Of a DNA stretch of 64,000 nucleotides, positions 18,181 to 26,609 are shown one piece after another. The DNA lies in assembly GCA_021789215.1 (NCBI GenBank), contig JAJYJS010000006.1, forward strand, positions 25,875-89,874. Direction: 5' to 3'. The notes beneath the pieces were generated by a model, which was not told the origin of the DNA, did not search any database, and saw nothing but the letters and a program-made list of their open reading frames with translations. Position numbers and translations under genes: made by a program. The first letter of the stretch is position 1. Each line of letters opens with the position of its first letter. Source of the DNA: Nitrospirota bacterium. Lineage in GTDB: Bacteria; Nitrospirota; Thermodesulfovibrionia; Thermodesulfovibrionales; JdFR-88.

Positions 18181-20325
18181 ATGAACATCGAGGTAAAGAG
18201 CGTTGAAGACCTCCTCCAGAAGGTGCGCTCCTATAATCCGGGAGCGGACCTGGAGTTCATCAGGAGGGCCTATTTCTTCTCCTTCGAGGCCCACGGGGAG
18301 CAGAAAAGGCACGAGGGCTCCCCGTATATAGAGCACCCGCTCGCGGTGGCCTCCATCCTGGCCGACATGAAGATGGACACAGTGAGCATAGCGGCGGGGC
18401 TCCTGCACGACACCATCGAGGACACCCCGACGATAAAGGAGGACATCCAGAAGCGCTTCGGGTACGAGCTTGCGTTCCTTGTGGACTCGGTGACCAAGCT
18501 GGGGAAGATACAGTTCCAGTCCAAGGAGGAGGCGCAGGCGGAGAACTTCCGCAGGATGCTCCTGTCCATGGCCGAGGACATACGGGTGATAATGGTGAAG
18601 TTCGCCGACAGGCTGCACAACATGCGCACCCTCCAGTACCTGCCCCAGCACAAGAGGCTCCGCATCGCGCAGGAGACGCTCGAGATATACGCCCCTCTGG
18701 CCAACCGCCTTGGTATCGGATGGCTGAGGATAGAACTCGAGGACCTGAGCTTCAAGTACCTCCTTCCAAAGCTCTACGATGAGCTTGCGGCAAAGGTCGC
18801 CTCCCGCAAGGAGGAGCAGGAAGGCTACATCAGCAACATCATAGAGATGGTGAAAAAGAAGCTGGCCGAGGAGGGGCTTGAGGGCAGCGTAAAAGGCAGG
18901 ATAAAGCACTACTACGGCATATACCAGAAGATGCAGAGGCAGGGGATTCCGTTCGACCAGATATACGACGTCCTCGGCATCAGGATAATAACCGGCACCA
19001 AGGCAAGCTGCTACGCCATACTGGGGCTCATCCATTCCCTCTGGAAGCCGATACCGGGGAAGTTCAAGGACTATATCGGGGTGCCCAAGTCCAACATGTA
19101 CCAGTCCCTGCACACCACGGTCATCGGACCGGAGGGAAAGCGGGTGGAGTTCCAGATAAGGACCGAGGAGATGAACCAGGTTGCCGAGGAGGGCATCGCG
19201 GCACACTGGCGGTACAAGGAAAAGGGCCATATCAACCCCAGGGACGACCGCTACATCTCCTGGCTGAGGAATTTTATCGCCGAGCTTCAGGACGTGCGCC
19301 AGACGCCCAGGGAATTCATGGACGCGGTGAAGTCCGAGGTCGTCCCGGACACCATATACGTCTTCACGCCCAAGGGCGAGATAAAGGAACTGCCCATAGG
19401 CGCCACGCCCGTGGACTTTGCCTACAGCATACACACGCAGGTGGGCAACAGGTGCGTGGGGGCAAAGGTGAACGGCCGGATGGCGCCGCTCCGTTACAGG
19501 CTCAACAACGGGGACACCGTCGAGGTGATGACCCAGCAGAACCACACGCCAAGCCGCGACTGGCTTGGCTTTGTCGCCACCTCCAGGGCGAAGTCCAGGA
19601 TAAGGCAGTGGATAAAGGCCGAGGAGCGCAAGGAGTCCGTGGAGCTTGGGACGAGGCTCCTGGAATCGGAGCTTAAAAAGCGGGGGATCCCCGTCTCCGC
19701 GCTCAAGGGAGACGGCATCGGGCAGGCGTCGGAGGCGTTCAATTTCCAGAGCGTTGACGACATGCTCGTCGCGATAGGCTACGGGAAGATGTCCGCGCAG
19801 CAGGTGGCAAACAGGATAGCACCGGAATCCGCCCTCCCCGAGGCCCCGCCGCCCGTAAAGCACAAGGAGACCAGGGAGGCGGAGGAGGAGAAGGGCATAA
19901 CCATCACGGGCATGAGCAACATCCTCTACCACATATCCAGGTGCTGCTACCCGATACCCGGGGACAACCTCGTGGGCTTCATAACGAGGGGCAAGGGCGT
20001 GAGCATCCACAGGAGGAGCTGCCCCAACCTGCCAAAGCTCGCGGTGGACGAGGACAGGCTGATATCCGTGCAGTGGAAGCCCAACGAGGGCGCGATGAAC
20101 CACGCGAAGATCGTGGTGGACACGGTGGACAAGCCCGGCATCGTGGCGAACCTCTCATCGGCCATCTCCTCGATGAACATAAACATACATCACATGGAGG
20201 CCATAACGAGCCAGCTCCAGAAGGCCCGCATATCGTTTGTCCTGGAAGTGAAGGACCGCTCCCAACTCAACGTCGTGACCCACAAGCTCATGCAGGTGGA
20301 AGGCGTCACCAGCGTGAGGCGCTAG
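18181..20325 (+). CDS. rel: Bifunctional (p)ppGpp synthetase/hydrolase Rel/SpoT
   Basis: HD hydrolase domain (HPLAVASILA...LLHDTIEDT), synthetase motif (YQSLHTTV), then TGS and C-terminal ACT regions. 714 aa. Confidence 0.97.
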   Translation: MNIEVKSVEDLLQKVRSYNPGADLEFIRRAYFFSFEAHGEQKRHEGSPYIEHPLAVASILADMKMDTVSIAAGLLHDTIEDTPTIKEDIQKRFGYELAFLVDSVTKLGKIQFQSKEEAQAENFRRMLLSMAEDIRVIMVKFADRLHNMRTLQYLPQHKRLRIAQETLEIYAPLANRLGIGWLRIELEDLSFKYLLPKLYDELAAKVASRKEEQEGYISNIIEMVKKKLAEEGLEGSVKGRIKHYYGIYQKMQRQGIPFDQIYDVLGIRIITGTKASCYAILGLIHSLWKPIPGKFKDYIGVPKSNMYQSLHTTVIGPEGKRVEFQIRTEEMNQVAEEGIAAHWRYKEKGHINPRDDRYISWLRNFIAELQDVRQTPREFMDAVKSEVVPDTIYVFTPKGEIKELPIGATPVDFAYSIHTQVGNRCVGAKVNGRMAPLRYRLNNGDTVEVMTQQNHTPSRDWLGFVATSRAKSRIRQWIKAEERKESVELGTRLLESELKKRGIPVSALKGDGIGQASEAFNFQSVDDMLVAIGYGKMSAQQVANRIAPESALPEAPPPVKHKETREAEEEKGITITGMSNILYHISRCCYPIPGDNLVGFITRGKGVSIHRRSCPNLPKLAVDEDRLISVQWKPNEGAMNHAKIVVDTVDKPGIVANLSSAISSMNINIHHMEAITSQLQKARISFVLEVKDRSQLNVVTHKLMQVEGVTSVRR

Positions 20326-20326
20326 G

Positions 20327-20350
20327 CATACCGGCTTTCGCCGGTATGAC
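20327..20350. repeat. Palindromic repeat, hairpin type (ATACCGGC-N4-GCCGGTAT...ATGAC)
   Basis: CATACCGGCTTTCGCCGGTATGAC lies 2 nt after the rel stop. The same hairpin recurs at 31269 and 46958. Confidence 0.85.
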
Positions 20351-20397
20351 GGACTTTCAGCAAAATTGGCGATTTTAAGATAGGTCCTTATATCCCT

Positions 20398-20484
20398 AGC
20401 TGCAAGGGACAGGGCTTGCTCCGCCCTTTCCCCTCACAAAATTTTTGCTTCGCTTCGCGATATCATTGCTCCGCTCTCAATGAC
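20398..20484. repeat. Palindromic repeat, long type (degenerate copy ending TCAATGAC)
   Basis: GCTGCAAGGGACAGGGC...TTGCTTCGCTTCGCGATATCATTGCTCCGCTCTCAATGAC resembles the arms of the copies at 31369 and 49883. Confidence 0.6.
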
Positions 20485-20818
20485 AGTTCAAAACAGTTTT
20501 TCCCCTGGCGCCCCCTTCCCCCTGGGGGGCGGACACGGTTGCAATGTCTTATGTCACATAGACCGCTTCACGCCTCCCCGTTTATCCTCAGAGCATGATG
20601 AACACCAGGTTCAGCATATGGTCGTCAAAGAGGATAATGCGGCGCCTCCGGTGCACGGTGGAAAAGTCCTTCCGGTGCATACCCCTTGAGGACGACGAGA
20701 TATGCGCCCGCTGTTTCGGGGCCGATGGAGGCGGCGCGGCCGCGGTGGAAAAGGAAAAGGGAAGACGGGGCCCAAAAGGGAATTTTTTTTCAAACCAAAA
20801 AAGGAGGGTTTTCTGAAA

Positions 20819-20965
20819 ATGGTCTATGCAGGGCTGGCAGCGGCGTGTCTCATCGGTTTCGTGGCAGGCGTACTGGTCGAGCGCAGGAACAGGGCGCATA
20901 TGGAGTCCGCCATCGGGGACATCAAACAGGGCGTCCGGAAGCTTGGCGGCGGCAGCGGCAAATAA
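20819..20965 (+). CDS. Small single-pass membrane protein (48 aa), first gene of the cluster
   Basis: MVYAGLAAACLIGFVAGVLV... is preceded by AAGGAGGG. The track start at 20702 adds an Arg/Gly-rich non-genic extension. Confidence 0.5.
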   Translation: MVYAGLAAACLIGFVAGVLVERRNRAHMESAIGDIKQGVRKLGGGSGK

Positions 20966-20985
20966 GGGAGGAGGGATCAGGAAAA

Positions 20986-21378
20986 ATGGTTTTTCCGCTT
21001 GAGGCAGTCACGACGATTGGGGGGCTTATACTCCCGCCGGTATTCGACATCATAAAGAAAGCCTTCATAAAGAAGGGGGACGGCACGGCTGAGGCCACGC
21101 TCAACTGCCTGGCCGAGACGAAGCCCGATGCGCTTCCGGGCTACGTGGAGGCAAACGCGAAGCTGATGCAGGCCCGCACGGAGTGGTTCAACCGGGACGT
21201 GATAGGGCAGGCAAGCAGGTGGGTGGTCGACCTGAGGGCCGCGATACGGCCCGTGACGGTCTGCATGAGCATGTGCTTCCTGGGGATGGACGCCGGGAAG
21301 GCGCTCGCCATGGACCCCTCGACCAGGGCGGCGCTGCTTTTCATGGTGGCAAGCTGGTTTGGCGGAAGGCTCAAATGA
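20986..21378 (+). CDS. Putative holin-like membrane protein (130 aa, 2-3 hydrophobic segments)
   Basis: The start is preceded by GGGAGGAGGG. Hydrophobic segments are TTIGGLILPPVF, VTVCMSMCFLGM and ALLFMVASWFGG. The holin call rests on position and topology only. Confidence 0.4.
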   Translation: MVFPLEAVTTIGGLILPPVFDIIKKAFIKKGDGTAEATLNCLAETKPDALPGYVEANAKLMQARTEWFNRDVIGQASRWVVDLRAAIRPVTVCMSMCFLGMDAGKALAMDPSTRAALLFMVASWFGGRLK

Positions 21379-21722
21379 CGCCCGAATTCATAAAGACCTT
21401 CGTGAACGCGGGGGTCGGGGCCGCGATGGCCTTCGTGATACTGGTGGGGCTTTACAGGATAGCGGGCAGGCTGGGGCTGGAGTTCGTGAAGGCCCAGAAG
21501 GAGCAGGCCCAGGCCCTCGGCAGACAGGCGCAGAGCATGGAGGGGCTGAGGGACGCGATAGAGCTGTTCATAAAAAGGGACTATTCCGAGCACAGGGAGA
21601 TGCTCGTGATGCTCAGGTACATAGCCCAGAACCGGATGGGGCCTGAGCGCATAAGGCAGGAGCAGCCGGAAAAGACGGAGTTTTTTGCGAAAGGAGAAAT
21701 GGATGAGGTCAATCGACGCTGA
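21375..21722 (+). CDS. N-terminally anchored coiled-coil protein (i-spanin-like topology)
   Basis: ATGA overlap with the previous gene. A TM helix AGVGAAMAFVILVGLY is followed by the charged helical segment KAQKEQAQALGRQAQSMEGL. Confidence 0.4.
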   Translation: MTPEFIKTFVNAGVGAAMAFVILVGLYRIAGRLGLEFVKAQKEQAQALGRQAQSMEGLRDAIELFIKRDYSEHREMLVMLRYIAQNRMGPERIRQEQPEKTEFFAKGEMDEVNRR

Positions 21723-21996
21723 GAAGAACATGGCCGTGCGCCGGGCCATCCTCGACCTTCTGAAGACCGGGTATCCGGCGGCGCTCGACCTGAAGGTGCT
21801 GATGTTCTCGCTGGACAACCTGGGGTACCCGATGCCGGAAGAGGCCCTCCAGGCGCACCTCAGATACCTTCAGGAAAAGGGGCTCACAAGCTGCCGGACG
21901 AAAAGGGGCTACGGCTTCAGGTTCACCTATGCGTGCCTGACGGCCAAGGGGTGGGACTTCCTTGACGGCAACATCGAAGAGGAAGGCATAGGGTAG
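21703..21996 (+). CDS. Winged-helix DNA-binding protein (possible DNA-recognition component for packaging or a regulator)
   Basis: AAGGAG lies 6 nt upstream of the ATG. The pattern RRAILDLLK...LQAHLRYLQEKGL...YACLTAKGWDFLDG resembles a MarR/PadR-type wHTH. Confidence 0.45.
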   Translation: MRSIDAEKNMAVRRAILDLLKTGYPAALDLKVLMFSLDNLGYPMPEEALQAHLRYLQEKGLTSCRTKRGYGFRFTYACLTAKGWDFLDGNIEEEGIG

Positions 21997-22000
21997 GAAG

Positions 22001-22276
22001 ATGAGCGGGGCGATAACGGCAAAAAATAAAAACCTCGATATGAGGCTCATCAGGGACCTGCTCAGGCAGAAGAGGCGCTACGAGGCCTACTTCAAGGGGC
22101 GCGAGTCGGCGGGGCAGCAGATAGACAACTCCGCGCTCTCGGCCTACACGGGGGTCATCAAGACGGCGGCGGAGCTTTACAGGAAGGTGAAGACGGAGGA
22201 AAGGGGCGCAAGCCAGGAGGAGCTTGCTGCCATCGCGAGGGAGATACTTGAGAACGACTATGGAGTGCGGCGATAG
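22001..22276 (+). CDS. Hypothetical protein; positional candidate for the small terminase subunit
   Basis: 91 aa, basic and helical. Its stop is directly adjacent to the terminase large subunit start (TAGATG). Confidence 0.35.
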   Translation: MSGAITAKNKNLDMRLIRDLLRQKRRYEAYFKGRESAGQQIDNSALSAYTGVIKTAAELYRKVKTEERGASQEELAAIAREILENDYGVRR

Positions 22277-23650
22277 ATGAGCATACTGCTGCCGTACCAG
22301 AAAAGGTGGCTTGAGGACAGGAGCCCGCGCAAGATATGGCTTGCCGCGAGGCAGACCGGAAAGTCCTTCTCGCTGGCCCTTGAGGCCGTGATGGAGGCGC
22401 TTGAGAAAAGGCGCTCCACAAGCCTCGTCCTTTCTGCGTCGGAGAGGCAGTCCAGAGAGGTAATGGAAAAGGTGCTGACCCACCTCCGGTACCTCCACGC
22501 GCGGTCCGGGGAGAAAGTGTCCTCCGAGGATACCCGCGAGGAGGTGCGCCTGCCAAACGGTTCCCGCATAATATGCCTCCCGGCAAATCCGGACACGGTG
22601 CGCGGGTTTTCGGGCAACGTGTTCCTGGACGAGTTCGCCTTCCACAAGGATGCGGAGGAGATATGGCGCGCGATGTACCCCGCCGTGACCCGCGGCTTCA
22701 AGGTGCGCGTCTCCTCCACCCCAAACGGCAAAAACAGGAACCTTTTCCATGCCCTCTGGAGCCGTGAGGAAAAAAACGGTCTTTTCTCCCGCCACAGCAC
22801 CACCATTTACAAGGCCGTGGACGAGGGGCTCCCCATAAATGTGGACGAACTGCGGGCGGGGATAATGGATGCCGCCTCGTGGGCGCAGGAGTACGAGTGC
22901 AGGTTCCTTGACGAGGAGACCTCCTTCATCCCGTATGAACTGATAACGGCCTGCGAGGATGAAGGGGCGGCGAAAGACCTGAAGCCACTGGATACCGGTT
23001 TGCACCGGTATGACGGACAAAAAGATTTAAGCAGCCATTCCGGAGGCAGTAATCCGGAATCCAGCGGCTTTAAAGGTGACTTCTACCTTGGCCTGGACAT
23101 CGGACGCAGACACGACCTCACCGTCTTCTGGCTCTGGGAGAAAAAGGGAGACGTTTACTGGACGCGGATGGTGAGGGAGTTGAGGAACACCCCGTTTTCC
23201 ATACAGAGGGATTTTCTGTACGCGCTGATGGAGGGCTCCCTTGGCGTAAAGGTGAGGCGGGCGGCGATAGACGCAACGGGCATCGGGGCCCAGATGGCCG
23301 AGGAGGCGATTGACAGGTTCGGCCCCGTGGTCGAGCCCGTGCAGTTCACGCTCAATGTGAAGGAGGATTTGGCAGTGAGCCTCCGCAGGCTCATGGAGGA
23401 GCGCCGGGTGCGCATCCCCTCGCGGGCCGGCATACGGGAAGACTTCCACAGCATAAGGCGCGTCACGACCCCGGCGGGAAACACGCGCTTCAGCGCGGAA
23501 GGCAGTGATGACGGACATGCAGACAGGTTCTGGGCGGCGGCCCTGGGCATACACGCGGGCAAAAAGGCCCCCGCAACAGTCTTCGAGTACGAGGCCGCGG
23601 GGCGGAGGACATTTTTTCCAAGCAGCTTTAAAGGGCTTTTTTCTGACTGA
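22277..23650 (+). CDS. terL: Terminase large subunit
   Basis: N-terminal LLPYQKRWLED, Walker A AARQTGKS, Walker B VFLDEFAF, and a C-terminal nuclease-like region with acidic residues. 457 aa. Confidence 0.9.
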   Translation: MSILLPYQKRWLEDRSPRKIWLAARQTGKSFSLALEAVMEALEKRRSTSLVLSASERQSREVMEKVLTHLRYLHARSGEKVSSEDTREEVRLPNGSRIICLPANPDTVRGFSGNVFLDEFAFHKDAEEIWRAMYPAVTRGFKVRVSSTPNGKNRNLFHALWSREEKNGLFSRHSTTIYKAVDEGLPINVDELRAGIMDAASWAQEYECRFLDEETSFIPYELITACEDEGAAKDLKPLDTGLHRYDGQKDLSSHSGGSNPESSGFKGDFYLGLDIGRRHDLTVFWLWEKKGDVYWTRMVRELRNTPFSIQRDFLYALMEGSLGVKVRRAAIDATGIGAQMAEEAIDRFGPVVEPVQFTLNVKEDLAVSLRRLMEERRVRIPSRAGIREDFHSIRRVTTPAGNTRFSAEGSDDGHADRFWAAALGIHAGKKAPATVFEYEAAGRRTFFPSSFKGLFSD

Positions 23651-23665
23651 AAGGAGGCTGATAAA

Positions 23666-24847
23666 TTGAAGACCAGACCAGTCCTGGACGAGATAGCCGG
23701 AGCCAGGAACGACATATCGCTCTTTGGTGATTTCCTGCCGAAAAATGTTTTGCGGAACCCGGACAGGCTCCTGCGGTCAACCGGGAAGGGTATCGGGCTT
23801 TACGAGGAGCTTCTCTACGACCCCCAGGTGAGGGCATGCCTCCAGACCAGGAAGCTTGCGGTCGTGGGCAGGGAATGGGAGGTGGTGCCGGGGGGCGGAG
23901 CCCCGGAGGACGCCCGCATCGCGGACTTCGTGAAAGAGGCCCTGCTTGCCTTCGACTTTGACAGCGCAAGGACCGCGCTCCTTTCCGCCGTGGTGCTTGG
24001 CTTCAAGACGGCGGAGATAATGTGGGAGTATTCGGAGGGCTCCGTCTGGATAAGGGAGATGGCCGGAAGGGCCTCAAGCAGGTTCCGCTTCGACGCAGCG
24101 GGAAACCTGAGGCTCCTCACGCCCGGCAATATGTTTTACGGAGGCCCCGTGCCGGAAAGGAAGTTCCAGGTGTTCCGCTATGGGGGCGAAAACGGCTCGC
24201 CTTACGGCGACGGGCTTGGGGCAAGCCTCTACTGGCCCGTATGGTTCAAGAAGAACGCTCTCCGGTTCTGGATGGTGTTCGCGGAAAAGTTCGGCTCGCC
24301 CACCGTCATAGGCAAGTACCCGCCCGGCACGCCCAGGGAGCACCAGGACGCGCTGATGGGCGCGCTTGAGGCCATACAGCAGGAATCGGCGATAAAGATA
24401 CCGGAGACGATGCGGATAGAGCTGCTTGAGGCGCAGAGGAGCGGCGCCGTGAACACCTACGACACCCTTTGCGCGTTCCTCAACGGGGAGATCGCGAAGC
24501 TCCTCCTGGGGCAGACACTGACGACCGAAATCGGGCAGACGGGCTCCTACGCGGCAAGCAGGACGCACAACGAGGTGAGGATGGACTACATAAAGGCCGA
24601 TGCCGACCTGCTCTCGGGCGCGCTGAACAGGCAGCTTGTAAGATGGCTGGTCGATTTCAACTTCCCGGCCCCGAGGCCCGCCTCGCGCTACCCGAAACTC
24701 TGGATAAGACAATCGGGCGAGGAGGATTTAAAAGCCCTTGCCGAGAGGGACGCGCTGCTTCTCAAGATGGGGGTAAAGATCCCGGCCAGGTATTTTTACG
24801 GGACCTACGGCCTGCCCGAACCCGCGGACGGGGAGGAGACGCTTTGA
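23666..24847 (+). CDS. Portal protein, Mu gp29-like (DUF935 family)
   Basis: TTG start with AAGGAGG 8 nt upstream. LYEELLYDPQVRACLQTRKLAVVGREWEVVP fits the DUF935 pattern, and it sits right after terL. Confidence 0.8.
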   Translation: MKTRPVLDEIAGARNDISLFGDFLPKNVLRNPDRLLRSTGKGIGLYEELLYDPQVRACLQTRKLAVVGREWEVVPGGGAPEDARIADFVKEALLAFDFDSARTALLSAVVLGFKTAEIMWEYSEGSVWIREMAGRASSRFRFDAAGNLRLLTPGNMFYGGPVPERKFQVFRYGGENGSPYGDGLGASLYWPVWFKKNALRFWMVFAEKFGSPTVIGKYPPGTPREHQDALMGALEAIQQESAIKIPETMRIELLEAQRSGAVNTYDTLCAFLNGEIAKLLLGQTLTTEIGQTGSYAASRTHNEVRMDYIKADADLLSGALNRQLVRWLVDFNFPAPRPASRYPKLWIRQSGEEDLKALAERDALLLKMGVKIPARYFYGTYGLPEPADGEETL

Positions 24848-25239
24848 TAAGGATATCGATGAGCGGCGGGGAGATAGCGCGCTCCATCTCCCAAAGGGCT
24901 GGAGACCTTGGCCCGGCGCTGGAGCAGATAGGCGCAATGCTTGCCGGGTCCGTGCGGAGAAACTTTGACGAGGGCGGAAGGCCCGAAAAGTGGGAGCCGC
25001 TTAAAGGGAAAAACGCGGCGAGGACGCCGCTGGTCAAAACGGGCGGCCTCAGGGACTCCATACGGGCGGCGCTGGAAAACGGGGCCATAGAACTTCAAAG
25101 CCCCCTGCCCTATGCGTCTTTTCAGCAGGAGGGGACAAGGACGATACCCGCGAGGCCGTTTCTCGTGGTGCAGGAGGAGGACTACGAAAAGGCGGGGCGG
25201 ATAATAGCGGGATACCTTATGAAAGGAGGGGACGAGTGA
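24844..25239 (+). CDS. Virion morphogenesis protein, Mu gpG / P2 gpS-like
   Basis: WEPLKG...LVKTGGLRDSI...LPYASFQQEGTRTIPARPFL matches the tail_comp_S/gpG family pattern. TTGA overlap with the portal; ATG 24859 is an alternative start. Confidence 0.8.
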   Translation: MIRISMSGGEIARSISQRAGDLGPALEQIGAMLAGSVRRNFDEGGRPEKWEPLKGKNAARTPLVKTGGLRDSIRAALENGAIELQSPLPYASFQQEGTRTIPARPFLVVQEEDYEKAGRIIAGYLMKGGDE

Positions 25240-26114
25240 TGTGGACGGCGGTTTTCAAGTCAGGCACTCACACGGATTCGGAGGGCAGGACGAGGCACTG
25301 GAGCGACGAGGACCTGGACAGGATCGCCTCGCGGTACGACCCGGCGCGGCACGAGGCCCCGGTGGTCATCGGCCACCCAAGGGACAACGCGCCCGCATGG
25401 GGCTGGGTGGAGGGGCTGAAGAGAGAAGGCGGCCTGCTCTTTGCGAAGCTCAGGCTTGTGCCGGAGTTCGCGGAGATGCTAAGGAAGGGGCTTTTCAGGA
25501 AGCGCTCCATCTCGCTCTATCCGGATATGGGCCTGAGGCACATAGGCTTTCTGGGCGCGGCCGCGCCCGCCGTAAAGGGGCTGCCGGATGTCAGTTTCTC
25601 CGCCGGGGAAGACGCGACCGGCGTGGAAGTCGAATTCAAGGGAAAGGAGGCGAAAGAGATGAACGGCTTTATCGAGAGGCTTAAAAAATTTTTAAAAGAG
25701 GAGCTTGGCATCGAGACTGCCGATTTGAGGCAGAAGGAAAAAGAACTGGCGGACAGACAGGGCGCGCTCCGCAAGGCGGAAGCGGCGGCCTTCTGCGAAG
25801 GGCTCCTGAAAGAGGGCAGGGTCACGCCGGCCATGTTGAAGCAGGGGCTCCCAGGCTTCATCGAGGTGGTCTCAGGCATCCAGACCAGCCACGAGTTTGC
25901 CGGGGGCGAAGAGGCCCGGAGCCCGCTGGATTTCCTTAAAGGCTTTCTGAAGGCCCTGCCCGTGTGCGTGAGCTACCAGGAACACACGCCCGCACAGGAA
26001 GAACCCGATGAAAAAAGAAAGAGGCTCATCAGCCGGTACATGGAAGACCACGGCAGGCACACCTACAGGGACGCGCTCATCGCGGTATCGAAGGAACACC
26101 CGGAACTTTTTTAA
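25236..26114 (+). CDS. Capsid scaffolding / maturation protease protein (P2 gpO- / Mu gpI-like)
   Basis: The N-terminus FKSGTHTDSEGRTRHWSDEDLDRIASRYDP...VVIGHP...GWVEGLKREGGLLFAKL parallels the P2 gpO N-terminus as I recall it. The C-terminal half is a charged coiled coil. Confidence 0.7.
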   Translation: MMWTAVFKSGTHTDSEGRTRHWSDEDLDRIASRYDPARHEAPVVIGHPRDNAPAWGWVEGLKREGGLLFAKLRLVPEFAEMLRKGLFRKRSISLYPDMGLRHIGFLGAAAPAVKGLPDVSFSAGEDATGVEVEFKGKEAKEMNGFIERLKKFLKEELGIETADLRQKEKELADRQGALRKAEAAAFCEGLLKEGRVTPAMLKQGLPGFIEVVSGIQTSHEFAGGEEARSPLDFLKGFLKALPVCVSYQEHTPAQEEPDEKRKRLISRYMEDHGRHTYRDALIAVSKEHPELF

Positions 26115-26149
26115 GGAACGCGGGGGAGTTAAAAAACAAGGAGGGAAAA

Positions 26150-26578
26150 ATGATAGGACAGACATCTGGGATTGAGAAGGCGGCAAGGTGCGCCGCTCCC
26201 GTTGCCACCGCGTACACGATAGCGGCGTTCGGCGCGGATGACGACACGCTGGCCATCGCACAGGCCGGAACCGGCGCGCTGGTGGGAGTGTTCCAGCACA
26301 CGACCTCAACCGCCGGAGAGACCGTGAGGGTGATGCTCACGGGCATCTCCCGCGTAGTGCTCGGCGGGGCGGTGACGAGGGGCGACAGTGTCACCTCCGG
26401 CGCAAGCGGCATGGGGGTGGCCGCGACAAGGCACGCCCATACGGAAAACACCGCGGCGGCTTACACGCAGAACGCGGCCACACAGGCCGCGCCCGCCGTC
26501 AACACCCTGGGCGTCGCGCTTGCAAGCGGGGCCGCAGGGGACATCATACCCGTGCTGCTTTCCCAGGGCATGGTCTAA
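26150..26578 (+). CDS. Head decoration protein (DUF2190-like)
   Basis: 142 aa, Ala/Gly/Thr-rich, with GD.V motifs (VTRGDSVTSGASG). It lies immediately upstream of the major capsid gene, the usual DUF2190 position. Confidence 0.6.
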   Translation: MIGQTSGIEKAARCAAPVATAYTIAAFGADDDTLAIAQAGTGALVGVFQHTTSTAGETVRVMLTGISRVVLGGAVTRGDSVTSGASGMGVAATRHAHTENTAAAYTQNAATQAAPAVNTLGVALASGAAGDIIPVLLSQGMV

Positions 26579-26609
26579 AAACCCGGAAAGAAAGGAGGCG
26601 CGAATAAAA

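Noticed and set aside
18103-20103. A 666-aa minus-strand ORF antisense to rel. Similar long antisense or alternate-frame ORFs include 7508..9043, 13829..15250, 21923..23020, 33018..34415, 36754..37869, 53685..55007, 58057..59559 and 62511..63731.
   Set aside because: All lie fully inside strongly supported genes on the other strand or frame. Their translations are Arg/Gly/Pro/His-rich low-complexity strings with no motifs, which is typical of shadow ORFs in GC-rich DNA.
20574-20582. A shared 9-mer CTCCCCGTT at the left flank (20574) and right flank (about 35383) of the phage-derived cluster, as possible att sites.
   Set aside because: A single 9-bp match between two roughly 400-bp spacers is expected by chance at about even odds. 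The flanking bases do not extend the match.
20595-20816. A 73-aa plus-strand ORF with scattered Cys (RCTVEKSFRCIPLEDDEICARCFG) as a small zinc-ribbon regulator of the cluster.
   Set aside because: It has no SD. Its C-terminal half is Gly/Arg/Lys low complexity that overlaps the SD of the first cluster gene, and the frame is also open on the opposite strand. I kept it only as part of the leader-region finding.
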